In this document: one piece after another, positions 12,485-22,992 of the stretch
Layout of the letters: each line of letters begins with the position of its first letter
Position numbering within the stretch: the stretch's first letter is position 1
Source: Proteromonas lacertae
Lineage: Eukaryota
DNA length: 64,000 nucleotides
Assembly (NCBI GenBank): GCA_002245135.1
Contig: NGBS01000297.1
Location: forward strand, 62,001 to 126,000
Reading direction: 5' to 3'
Notes under the pieces: model-generated
What the model was told of the DNA's origin: nothing
Databases searched by the model: none
The model's input: the letters and a program-made list of their open reading frames with translations, nothing else
Made by a program: the position numbers and the translations under genes

Positions 12485-15400
12485 TTATTCAATTTCATAA
12501 TTCAAGTAAGGTTTTAACCATTTCTCAGTTTCTTTTATATTCATTCCTTTTCTTTCACTATAATCAACTATTTGATCATTATTCATATACCCTACTGTAA
12601 AATACGAACTTTGAGGGGAACTAAATATCAACGTACAAATACTACTCGCTGGAGACATTGCCAAATTTTCTGTCATATGAATATTTATCTTATTCTCAAT
12701 ATCTAATAGTTTAAATACTTTTAATCTTTCAGTATGATCAGGAGAAGAGGGATAACCAATTGCTGGTCTTATTCCTACATATTTACACTTAAACATATCA
12801 TCTAAACTCAGATTTTCATCACTTGCATAACCCCAAAATTGTTTTCGGATTTCTTCATGAACATATTCTCCACTTGCTTCTACTAATCGATCACTCAATT
12901 CTTGAATCATTATTTTCATTTTATCATCACCTTCGTTTTCATATTTCTTTACCAATACATCAGCTCCATGAACTGTACAAGCCATCATTCCTATATAATC
13001 TTCTTTATTTGGATGAATAAAATCACTTTGACATAAATAAGGATCTTCACTATTCTCTTTTTCATTTGTTGTCTTAACATACATAATCTCATTATTTCTT
13101 CTTTACTATCAACATCTAATACACTTATATCATCATCTCCTTTTCTTTTACATGGATAAATACCAATCGCACATTGGATTTTTAAATGTTTTTCTTTCAT
13201 CAAATCTTTTAATACTTTTTGAGCTTCATCAAATATTTCTTTCGCTTCTTTTCCTACGGTTTTATCATTGAATATTTTCGGATAATTTTTGTTAGGATAT
13301 CTTCCTCGAATATTCCAAACGGAAAAGAAGGGAGTCCAATCAATATAAGAACAAACATCTTCTACTCCTAAATCTATATATTTTACTCCCAACATCTTCG
13401 GCTTCACTGGACTCCAGTCTAGATTATAATCCAATTTATGTTCTCTTGCAAATTTTATATCAACTAATTCTCTCTCTTTCATATTGTCAATATAATTCTG
13501 TCTTAATTCTTTGTATGATTCTTCTAAATCTCTAACATATTCATCTCTTGTTTTTGCATCTAATAATGAATTACACACTGACACAGTTCTAGAAGCATCT
13601 AATGTATGAACTACGGGATGTTCTAAGGTGAAATACCAAGGAGCAATCTTTACAGCACAATGTAATTTACTCGTTGTAGCACCACCTACTATCAATGGAA
13701 TTTTCATCTTTCTTCTAGCCATTTCTTTAGCTACTGTGATCATTTCATCTAATGAAGGTGTAATTAATCCAGATAAGGCAACTATATCAGCATTTTCTTT
13801 AATCGCAGTATCTAATATCTTATCACAAGGACACATTACACCACAATCTATTACTTCATAATTATTACATCTTAATACCACACTGACTATATTCTTACCA
13901 ATATCATGAACATCACCTTTCACTGTAGCAAATACTATCTTTCCACTAGATAAACTCTTCTTCTTATCTTTCTCATCTAATTTATTATTATTAGCTTCTA
14001 AGAATGGTAATAAATAATTCACAGCTTCTTTCATCACTCTTGCACTCTTGATTACTTGAGGTAAAAACATTTTACCACTTCCAAATAAATCACCTACTTT
14101 ATTCATACCACTCATCAATGGACCTTCGATTATTTCTAATAATTTTCTATTTTCACTTTCATATTTCAATCGAATCTCTTCCATATCAGTCTTTAAATGA
14201 TCAGGAATACCTTTCACTAAACAATGAGTTAGTCTTTCTTCTACTGGTAGTTTTCTCCATTCATCTTTTGCATTATCACCATGGGATGTTTGACTATTAT
14301 TATTACCTCCTTTCTGTTTCTTCTCTCTTTCTATCACTGATCTTTCTAATAATGCTTCAGAAGCACCTTCACTTTTATTAAGAATTACATCTTCTACTAA
14401 TTTCAATAAGTCTTTTGGAATTTCATCATATACTTGTAACATTCCTGCATTCACTATTCCCATATCCATTCCTGCTTTAATTGCATGGTATAAAAATACA
14501 CTGTGCATTGCTTCTCTTATTACATCAACACCTCTGAAACTAAATGATAAATTTGACACACCTCCGCTGATTTTACAATATGGACATAACTCTTTGATTC
14601 TTGGAATTGAGTTAAGAAAATCAACTCCTAAGTTATCATGTTCTTTCATACCAGTTCCAATTGTTAAAATATTTGGATCAAATATTATATCTTCTGGTGG
14701 GAAATTGACTTTATTTACTAATATATCATAAGATCTTTTACAGATATTTACCTTTTGATCTTCTGTGACAGCTTGACCATCTTCATCAAATGCCATTACT
14801 ACAACCGCAGCACCGAATAATTTAATAATATTCGCTTTATGAATGAATTTTTCTTCACCTTCTTTGAGACTTATACTATTCACAACACATTTACCTTGGA
14901 CACCATTTCAAACCTGTTAAAATAACATCAAAGTTACTACTATCAATCATAAATGGTACTTTAGCCACATCTGGTTCAGTTACGAGTAATCTAATAAATT
15001 TAGACATTGCATTAACACCATCAACCATACCATCATCAACATTAATATCAATTATATTAGCACCATCTTCTACTTGATTTCTTGCTATTGTTAATGCAGA
15101 TGTATAATCACCATTCTTGATTAATCTCTTAAACTTTAATGATCCAGCTATATTACATCTTTCTCCAATATTTAAGAAGTTATTTTTCTCTTTATTCACT
15201 TCTAACATTTCTAATCCTGATAAATAACATACTCTTGGTTTTTCTACAGGAATTGATGGTTTTACATCTTTACAATATTCAACAATCTTCTTAATATGTT
15301 CAGGTGTAGAACCACAACAACCACCAACAATATTAACAATACCATCTTCAGCATATTCCTTTAAATATTTCGCTAATAATTCAGGATTAGTATCATATCC

Positions 15401-16334
15401 ACCCATCATGTTTGGCAAACCAGCATTTGGATAACATGATATATAACAATTACATAATACTTTCAATCTCTCTAAGAATGGTCTCATTTGAGAAGGACCT
15501 AAAGCGCAATTGAATCCAAAACACAATGGATTAAAGTGTCTTAATGATGTGTAAAATGCTTCACATACTTGACCTGATAATGTTCTTCCACTTGCATCAG
15601 TAATTGTTCCTGAAATAATTAATGGAACTTCTCTTTTATGTTCAATCATCCAATGTTTACAGGCTACTAAGGCTGCTTTTGCATTTAATGTATCAAATAT
15701 TGTTTCTACCATCATTATATCACATCCACCTTCCATTAATCCTTCTATTTGATCATAATATGCTTTATACTAGTTAAATAAATATAATATTATATACTAA
15801 ATCATCGAATGAAACATTTCTTGCACTTGGATCATCTACACTTGGTGAGATTGAAGCTGTTTTGTTACATGGACCTATACTTCCAGCTAAGAATCGAGGT
15901 TTTTCAGGATTTTTCTCTGTGTATTTTTTGCATGACTCTTTACCTAATTTTGCAGCACATATATTCATCTCTTTTACGTAATCTTGCATATGGTAATCAG
16001 CTTGAGTAATTGCATTAGCACCAAATGTACATGTTTCAATAATATCACTTCCTGCTTCTAAATACTGTTCGTAAATGTTTTGAATCATTTCTGGTTTTGT
16101 AACTGGTAGAATATCGTTATTTCCTTTCACATCAATGTCCCAGTCTTTAAATTTCTCTCCTCTATAATCCTCTTCAGTAGGTTTGAATTTCTATGAGAAT
16201 TAAACAGCAAAATATTATACTTGAATCATAGAACCCATAGCACCGTCAAAATACATAATCCTGGTGTTTAGAGTTTCACGAAAGTATTGGAATATATCAA
16301 CTTCTCCTTTCAAATATCTTGCAGCGATTGACAT
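12485..16334 (-). CDS. metH: Cobalamin-dependent methionine synthase, full domain architecture
   Basis: [10 protein letters not shown] start, [11 protein letters not shown]n motif, [10 protein letters not shown] pterin domain, [13 protein letters not shown]12-binding motif and IRPAIGYP activation domain. Two short introns; apparent frameshifts near 14898 and 13066. Confidence 0.95.
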
Positions 16335-16474
16335 TTTCACAAAATGAAAAGAAAAGGAGTTGGTTCGAAAATTTTACCCCCAATTGAAATGTAGTGTTTT
16401 ACACATGTTCTAGCAACATTTCTTTCAATTTGATAAGAATATAAAATAGAATACATAAAAATTAACTAAAAGAA

Positions 16475-17083
16475 TCAATTAAATAAAATATTCTGAGGGT
16501 TTTTAAATATTATTTGTTCTGAATCTTCACCGTAAATGTCATATATTTCTGATTTACTACTTCCAATTACATTTAATCTATATGATAATAAAAATAAGCA
16601 CTTCGAATAAATACTCTTGAATTGACATTTGTCCTTCAGTAAAAGATACTCGAATATATCTACATGGTAAATGCGACACAGGAATATATGTATTTTTATT
16701 GTAAGGGAAGTAAATAGTTTGAAACCACATTCACAAACAAAGAAGGTTCATGATCTGATGATATTTCTACATTTATATGTGAAACTGTCTATCAGTGATT
16801 AATAAAATATATAAGTAATATCATACTGAATTTCTAATCACTATTTTATGAACAACATATTGATTTGATCTAAATTATCATTGATATACAACAATATACA
16901 GTCTTAGAATAAAATACTGCGTCAATATTGGTAATTTAGGCTTTGTCAAATACTTCTTTTCTTCTGTACTTAAAAATTGCTTCAAAGATGATAAACCAGT
17001 TTGATTAGTGCCTATTTTAATATTTTATATAGTATACAGCTTATAATTTTATATTTTAAGTTTTTTGACTCTCTATGTGACAT
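16475..17083 (-). CDS. Small (~150 aa) multi-exon protein, probable galactose-binding-like beta-sandwich; absent from the ORF track
   Basis: ATG at 17083 and four GT-AG introns give MSHRESKNLKYKIISCTNQTG...QYFILRLSNQYVVHKIVIRNS...LPCRYIRVSF...IFKNPQNILFN-TGA. One apparent +1 error near 16705. Confidence 0.6.
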
Positions 17084-17105
17084 AGAAAATTTAAAAATAT
17101 AATAA

Positions 17106-17117
17106 AAGGTTTGAATT
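17106..17117 (-). promoter_or_regulatory. Candidate core-promoter/5' element AATTCAAACCTT
   Basis: Exact 12-mer 22 nt upstream of ATG 17083; the same 12-mer sits at a similar distance before two other genes. Confidence 0.45.
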
Positions 17118-17144
17118 TCTGTTTGATTAATTTATTTTGAATAA

Positions 17145-18048
17145 ATGGATTTAGCAGCTGCTATAGCTTCTGCCACTGCTTCTGCTCCTTCCCAACAATT
17201 AGCACATACACCATCAATATTATCACCACCTTCATCAATACAGCCAATACAACCTTTGAACATTGATACTAGTTTATTAACAGCAAATTATCAACAAGCA
17301 AGCTATAGTCCACAAGAGGTAGTTGATTGTATTTGTGGAGTAAAAGCAGATGACGGTAAAGAAATGGTTTCTTGTGATTCATGTCGTGTATGGCAACACA
17401 TTGCCTGTGTTCATTTTTATGATCCAAATCCCAATGCTAAATATTTATGTCCAAAGTGTAGAGAAAGTATAAATTATCTATTTTTTAATATTATTCAATA
17501 GAAATAAATGAAAAGAATAGACAACATGTATATAAAAATATAGAATTTAATAAATAGTCTGACGATGATGAATATTCACAAAGATCAAAGAAGAGAGGAA
17601 GACCAAAGAAAAGATCTCTAGAACAACAGCCAATCAATAAAATATCACACATTTCATCACCTCTTCACGCTGATCCAATATCTTCACCGTGTTTAGAACC
17701 AGATCAAAGTCCAAGTATCTATATTATTTATTATTTCTAGTTGGACCTGAATGTTTCATACCCCCTCCTAATCCTGGTCCATCCCTTATAAAGAGTTTAC
17801 CTATATCTTTAGAAACTCCAAAATTCTCTTGGTATTGTCATGATACTAAGAAAGTGTATGAGCCCTTGACAGTTATTAGGAAAGAAGAAAAAATAGAGGA
17901 AGAAGAGAAGTTAGAAGAAGAAGAAGATAGTAATAATGAAAATTGTGAAAACAACACTAGTGAAGATAATACAAACTCATACGAAAAGAATGAGAATGAT
18001 GAAAGGAAAGCGGAAGTTAAAAATGAAGAAATAACATCGTCTACATAA
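17145..18048 (+). CDS. PHD-finger protein with AT-hook
   Basis: CICG...MVSCDSCRVWQHIACV...YLCPKC (C4HC3), KKRGRPKK near 17590 and an acidic C-terminus; three short introns. Confidence 0.85.
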
Positions 18049-18219
18049 TTTATAATTTCATTGTGGTTTAAAGTTGATCCAACAAAAATAAATTCACAAA
18101 AAAATCTAAATACTAACATAAATCCACATAATTTTATTATCTATCTAACTACATATAGCATTTATTAAATGTCTATAAATATAAAGAATAACACACACCA
18201 TGAACTATACTACACTATT

Positions 18220-19245
18220 CTAAACTACATAACTAGGGGGAGCTTGTGGCTTAGGCAATATATGAATATGAGGTTTTTTATAACAATTATTATATTCAGT
18301 TTGATTTACAACACGATAGTTGTTAACACCATATCTAATATAATAACCAGGGGAAGAAGGATATATTTGAGGAACATACTCTTTAAAACTACTAAAAGTA
18401 CTTCTAATATTATCTATTTTTCTTTTGTTTGGAACAGGATTTGGAAGATCGGAAAGGGCAAATGTTAGAACAGGTGAAATCTGTCCAACAGTTTTATCAA
18501 TAGCTGGTACACATAGAGGATGAGGCAAAGACACTTCTTCGTCTGAACTAATAATATCAACTGATTGTAGATTTCTTTGCCTATTATAAAATATTATGGA
18601 ATATTAAAAATATACTTTTTACGATAACCTTTTCTAATACAACTAATGACAAACGGAGGAGATCTTATAATGGATATACACGTATAAATGTTTTGATCAA
18701 CAGAAAAGACATAAACCTATGTGTTTTAATGACTTTAAATTATACATTAAAAGTGTGAGTAATACCGACTAAATGTCTTTTACCCAACCATCCATAATGC
18801 CATCCCTTTCTTTCATTGTTTATTTTATATAAGCAACTTCCATCTTCGTTTAATTTCTAAAATATATTTAAAAAAATCTATACTTTCGCTGTTGCAGCAA
18901 AGAAATGACGATTATTATTGCCGTTTTGGGGATAGGTATATTGTTTTACTTTTGATTTAGTTAATTGGCATCCAATATACATGCTTATGTTACTACTTTC
19001 ACTGAATTCGCCGTATACGGCAATTTTATCGTAGTTTTGCTCTGGCACAGTTACATTCACATCGACAGATGTACCACAAAATGTTAATTCCTAGAAACAT
19101 GTTAGGATAATTTTATTACTTTGTGAAATCCACCTAAATGATCTGGGAAACATCTTATATGTTTTAATCCACCCATTTTGTTGTTCCGACTATACTTACT
19201 CTTCCACAGTATGTAAGGAGCGAAGGTTACTCTTGCATAAGACAT
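18220..19245 (-). CDS. Uncharacterised protein, multi-exon, with a conserved-looking N-terminal domain
   Basis: ATG at 19245 and four GT-AG introns: KYSRNNKMGGLKHIRCFPDH...THTFNVYVF...IRSPPFVISCIRK, joining ORF 18220-18534. One apparent frameshift near 18800. Confidence 0.6.
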
Positions 19246-19552
19246 AAAACTCAATAAGTAATAACAAGATTTGGCTTGACTCGGATGTTGTGAGTTTGTT
19301 ACTATTTTTTACTTTAGATAGCACAATTTATTTGATATCTGAAACACATTTACATACAGGGATTTTCTCATGTAATTCAAAACCGTTTTCCATGGAAGCT
19401 GAAAGAATAACTATCCAAAAATGTCCCTTCAGAAAGCATATACTCCCATATTTTATTAATAAACCTAAAAAAAATAAATAATTTTGCATTTTATCTAACG
19501 ATTTAGTCAAATTTAATAAATATGTGATATTTCTATATTTACATCCTTATAT

Positions 19553-20367
19553 TTATTGTACTGCTTGTTTAGCATCGCAATAATCAGGTGGTACTGGTAT
19601 TTCTTCATCACTATCAAATTCTACGGTTTCATCTCTATTCCACTGTCCATTTTCATCTCTAACAAGCTAAATAAATAAAATAATACCTTCTCCATCCAAA
19701 ATTGCTATAATATTCGTCTTCTTTAGCTTTTTCTACTGATATTGTTGTTCTTTCATTAATAATAGGAGGTATTATCAAAGTCTTCCCTCTTTTCCGATGT
19801 TTATCAGTAACAATGACAGATTCATCCCTTGGCCTCTTTCTACTACTAAAAAAATACTTTTGAGATTCAGATTCTGTTGAATTAAGTATTACTTCAGAAG
19901 TATTATTCAGTGATTCTTCTACTATTTTAGTTGTAGCAGAGAGTAGTGGATTTTTTGATTTTGAGTTTTTAGATTCTTTGAGTAAAATAGTATTTGGTCT
20001 GAGTTTATTCTTTTTTTCATTTTCAACACTATAATATTATTTATTTCATCCATACGTTCTTTTTTCTTTATGCTTACTAAACGATTCAAAGAATTTTTTA
20101 TGCTTCTTGCCTAATCTATGACTCTAATTACTCTAATAAATAATAATACTAGAAATATTTCTGCATTATCTAAAATTGGATGATATGGACATAACTACAC
20201 ACACTATTTTACCTGTTGGTTGAATTTGATATTCATCTTCTTCTATTTCTTCACCCAATAGCTTTCTCATTCGCTCTTCTTGTACCTTAATAAATATAAA
20301 CTGATTATTATACAATTCTAATTGTGTCACTAGATAAATCAGCTGTATGTCTTGAACCGTGAAGCAT
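19553..20367 (-). CDS. SCNM1: SCNM1-like protein (minor-spliceosome component)
   Basis: N-terminal zinc finger G-K-I-V-C-x-x-C-P-Y-H-P-I-L-D...S-H-R-L-G-K-K-H and acidic C-terminal RDENGQWNRDETVEFDSDEEIP match the two SCNM1 signature domains. Four short introns and apparent frameshifts. Confidence 0.8.
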
Positions 20368-20386
20368 ATTTTTTAAAATAAAGAAA

Positions 20387-20398
20387 AAGGTTTGAATT
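20387..20398 (-). promoter_or_regulatory. Candidate core-promoter/5' element AATTCAAACCTT
   Basis: Exact 12-mer 19 nt upstream of the SCNM1 ATG (20367). Confidence 0.45.
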
Positions 20399-20530
20399 TT
20401 TCACAAGCTTAATTGTTTTTTTTTGTTGTTGTGAGGAGCAGCTTCATATTTCTTATATGCTATTCTTTAATTGTGATTATTTATGAATATAAATAAGAAA
20501 TTGAAAAATAAAATTCTTAATATTTATAAT

Positions 20531-22908
20531 TTATTCTTCATATACACCTTCTTCATAGCCTTCTGTGTATTCTTCTTCACCACCACCAATATAATTACCA
20601 TTCTCATCATATTCCTCAGTACCAATGTAATTACCGTTTTCATCATAATTAGGATCAATATAATTACCATTTTCGTCATATTCTTCAGCAGAACCTATAT
20701 AATTTCCATTTTCATCGTAATTTGGATCAATGTAATTACCATTTTCATCATAACCTTCTGTATTTTTCCTATCATAATTAATCTTCATATCCTATATAAT
20801 TACCATTCTCATCATATTGGCTATTAGTATATTCTTGTTCTTCCTCTACTTGTTCTTCATCAAAATGACTTTCAATTGGGATTTGTATTGGTAAATTATT
20901 ATTATTATTATTACTATACATCTTTCTAGAATAATGTCCACGATATACCTTTTGTATTCTTAAAGCACTTGCTTCTCTCACTGCATTATCGATATTATCA
21001 CTATTATCATTATTGTCTTCAGATATTGGCTCTTCAATAACAACTTCCTCTTTTTCTGAACTTCTAACATCATCATTATTATTATTAAAACTTTTCTTTA
21101 TACTACTAACAGGTACTGATGCTGATAATGATTTAAATGGTGATAAATGATGAAATGATTGGAATAATGGATTCTTTCTTGATGAAGGAACTACAGAATG
21201 ATGTAACACACTTAATCTATTAATATTATCTATTTTCTTTCTAGATTCTATCTGATATGTTAATTTTTCAACTTCTTTTCTTAATATTTCATTCTCTTCT
21301 ACTAGTTTCTCATAATCCTCAGGAGTTACAGCTGAATTGATTCTTTCAGATAAATGTTTATTTTCATCTGTTACACTATCGATTGTTTTCTTTAAACTCT
21401 TTATTGATTTCTTTAATCTATTCACTTCTTCATAACTTGCTGCACTAGATGATTCCATTGATGAAGCTAAGGGATTTCTACCTCCTGATTTCACTATTAA
21501 TGTATTATATTTCTTTTGTTCAACTTTTAGTTGTTTTTGAAGTGTAATTACTTTCTTTTCATATTCTTTACTTTTAGCAATCGCTTGTTGATATTTCTTC
21601 TCTAATTCTTCGTTGTTTTCATGTGCATTTACATTCTGTATAATTGCTTTTCCTAACTTTATCTCTTTAGTTTGTTTAGCGAATAGTAATGTTGATAAAC
21701 TTTCATTACATTGTACTGAATCAGGTGTTAATGTACAAATAATCATTGTTTTCGGAATTACCATTCAATGATTCCTTTAATAATAATGTCAATTTACTAT
21801 TTCTATAAGGAATATATGGATCTTTCTTATCTAAAGCTTTTAATACATCTGATAATGCTGTAAGTGATTTGTTTATGTGTTTGGCTTCAGTTAAACGATC
21901 ACCAGTTGCTCCACTCTTACTGACTCTTTCACTACCAGCTAAATCTACTAAATATAGTTTACCTGTCTTTGATATATTTGTTCTTTTATTAGTTTGTTGA
22001 ATTGATATTATTAACATACAGTGTGATCTACTACTATCTTCATTCATTTTTGTAGCTGCTGTTTCTCTCAAATTTAATCCTTGATGATAGATTTCAGATA
22101 TTTCGTGATTATTACCTACTGTACGATAAGTAGATGGCAATATATCATTCATTATATCGATTTCTTTTTTACTTTTTGGATTGGAGAGTAAATCGTAGAT
22201 TCTATCATTATATACTTCAACCATTGAACAGGAGACTGTTATTGAGAGATCTGAGTCATTTTTTATATTTTCTGATACTGTTTGGAAGATATTTTCTGTC
22301 ATTCGAAAAGATAATCCTTGATGAGTTTCATCTGGTCCAAACATAGTGTAAGTCTTACCCGAACCTGTTTGGCCATAGGCCAATATTGAGACATTATAAC
22401 CTTCGAATAAAGATGGAACATACACTTCGAATTGAGAATATACCTCATCTTGTGATGCATCCGGTTTGAAACATCTATCAAATGCAAATGTTTCTCGTCT
22501 GTTCTTTTCTTTTAGATTGATACTCAAACTAGTATCGTCATACACTTCAATTACACTTTCTGATTTATCTATAGTTTTCAACAAAGGTCTTGGTCTGACA
22601 TAAACAACAATGTTTCCTATATGTTCTTGCAATTCTGATAACAGCTTACCGTTTACTTTTTTTAGATTGTTATATTTTGTCTCTGTTTCTAAATATGCTT
22701 TGACTTTTTTTTCATAATGTGAACCTATTTTGTTTCTCCAGATGTTACTCAATTCCTTAAACTTCTGACCTGTTGGTACATCAAAATTTATTGCTTTTGT
22801 AATTTCTTTGTTATATAATTCAACTAATTTGTCAAACTCATTCGGACTACGTCTGCTAGAAGATGTAGACATAGATTTTGGAGCAACAGCTTTCGTTTTT
22901 TGACTCAT
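20531..22908 (-). CDS. Kinesin-14-type motor with C-terminal coiled coil, IQ motif and YDENGNYI repeats
   Basis: Neck ELQEHIGNIVVYVRPRP, GQTGSGKT, NEDSSRSH, LVDLAGSER, IPYRNSKLT and IQ motif IQKVYRGHYSRK. ORFs joined by apparent +1 errors near 21754 and 20780. Confidence 0.9.
20590..20817 (-). repeat. Six coding copies of YDENGNYI in the kinesin tail
   Basis: Visible in ORFs 20531-20788 and 20778-21764. Confidence 0.9.
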
Positions 22909-22992
22909 AAAATTTTAAAAATTTCAAAAATTTATCGATCAGGTGCAAAAATTTTGAGATAATTTTCAACTTACTTATTACATATTAGAGAA

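Noticed and set aside
16340..16420. GGTTCGAA (tRNA T-loop/B-box-like) and a possible cobalamin riboswitch upstream of metH
   Set aside because: No cloverleaf stems and no B12-box consensus are visible.
18354..18366. ATATCCTTCT on the minus strand as a U12 donor
   Set aside because: It sits within an uninterrupted coding exon (IYPSSPG), so no intron is needed.
19250..19520. Sm-site-like ATTTTTGG on the minus strand, possible snRNA next to SCNM1
   Set aside because: No recognisable U1/U2/U4/U5/U11/U12/U4atac sequence around it; more likely UTR or an unmodelled upstream exon. An Infernal scan would settle it.
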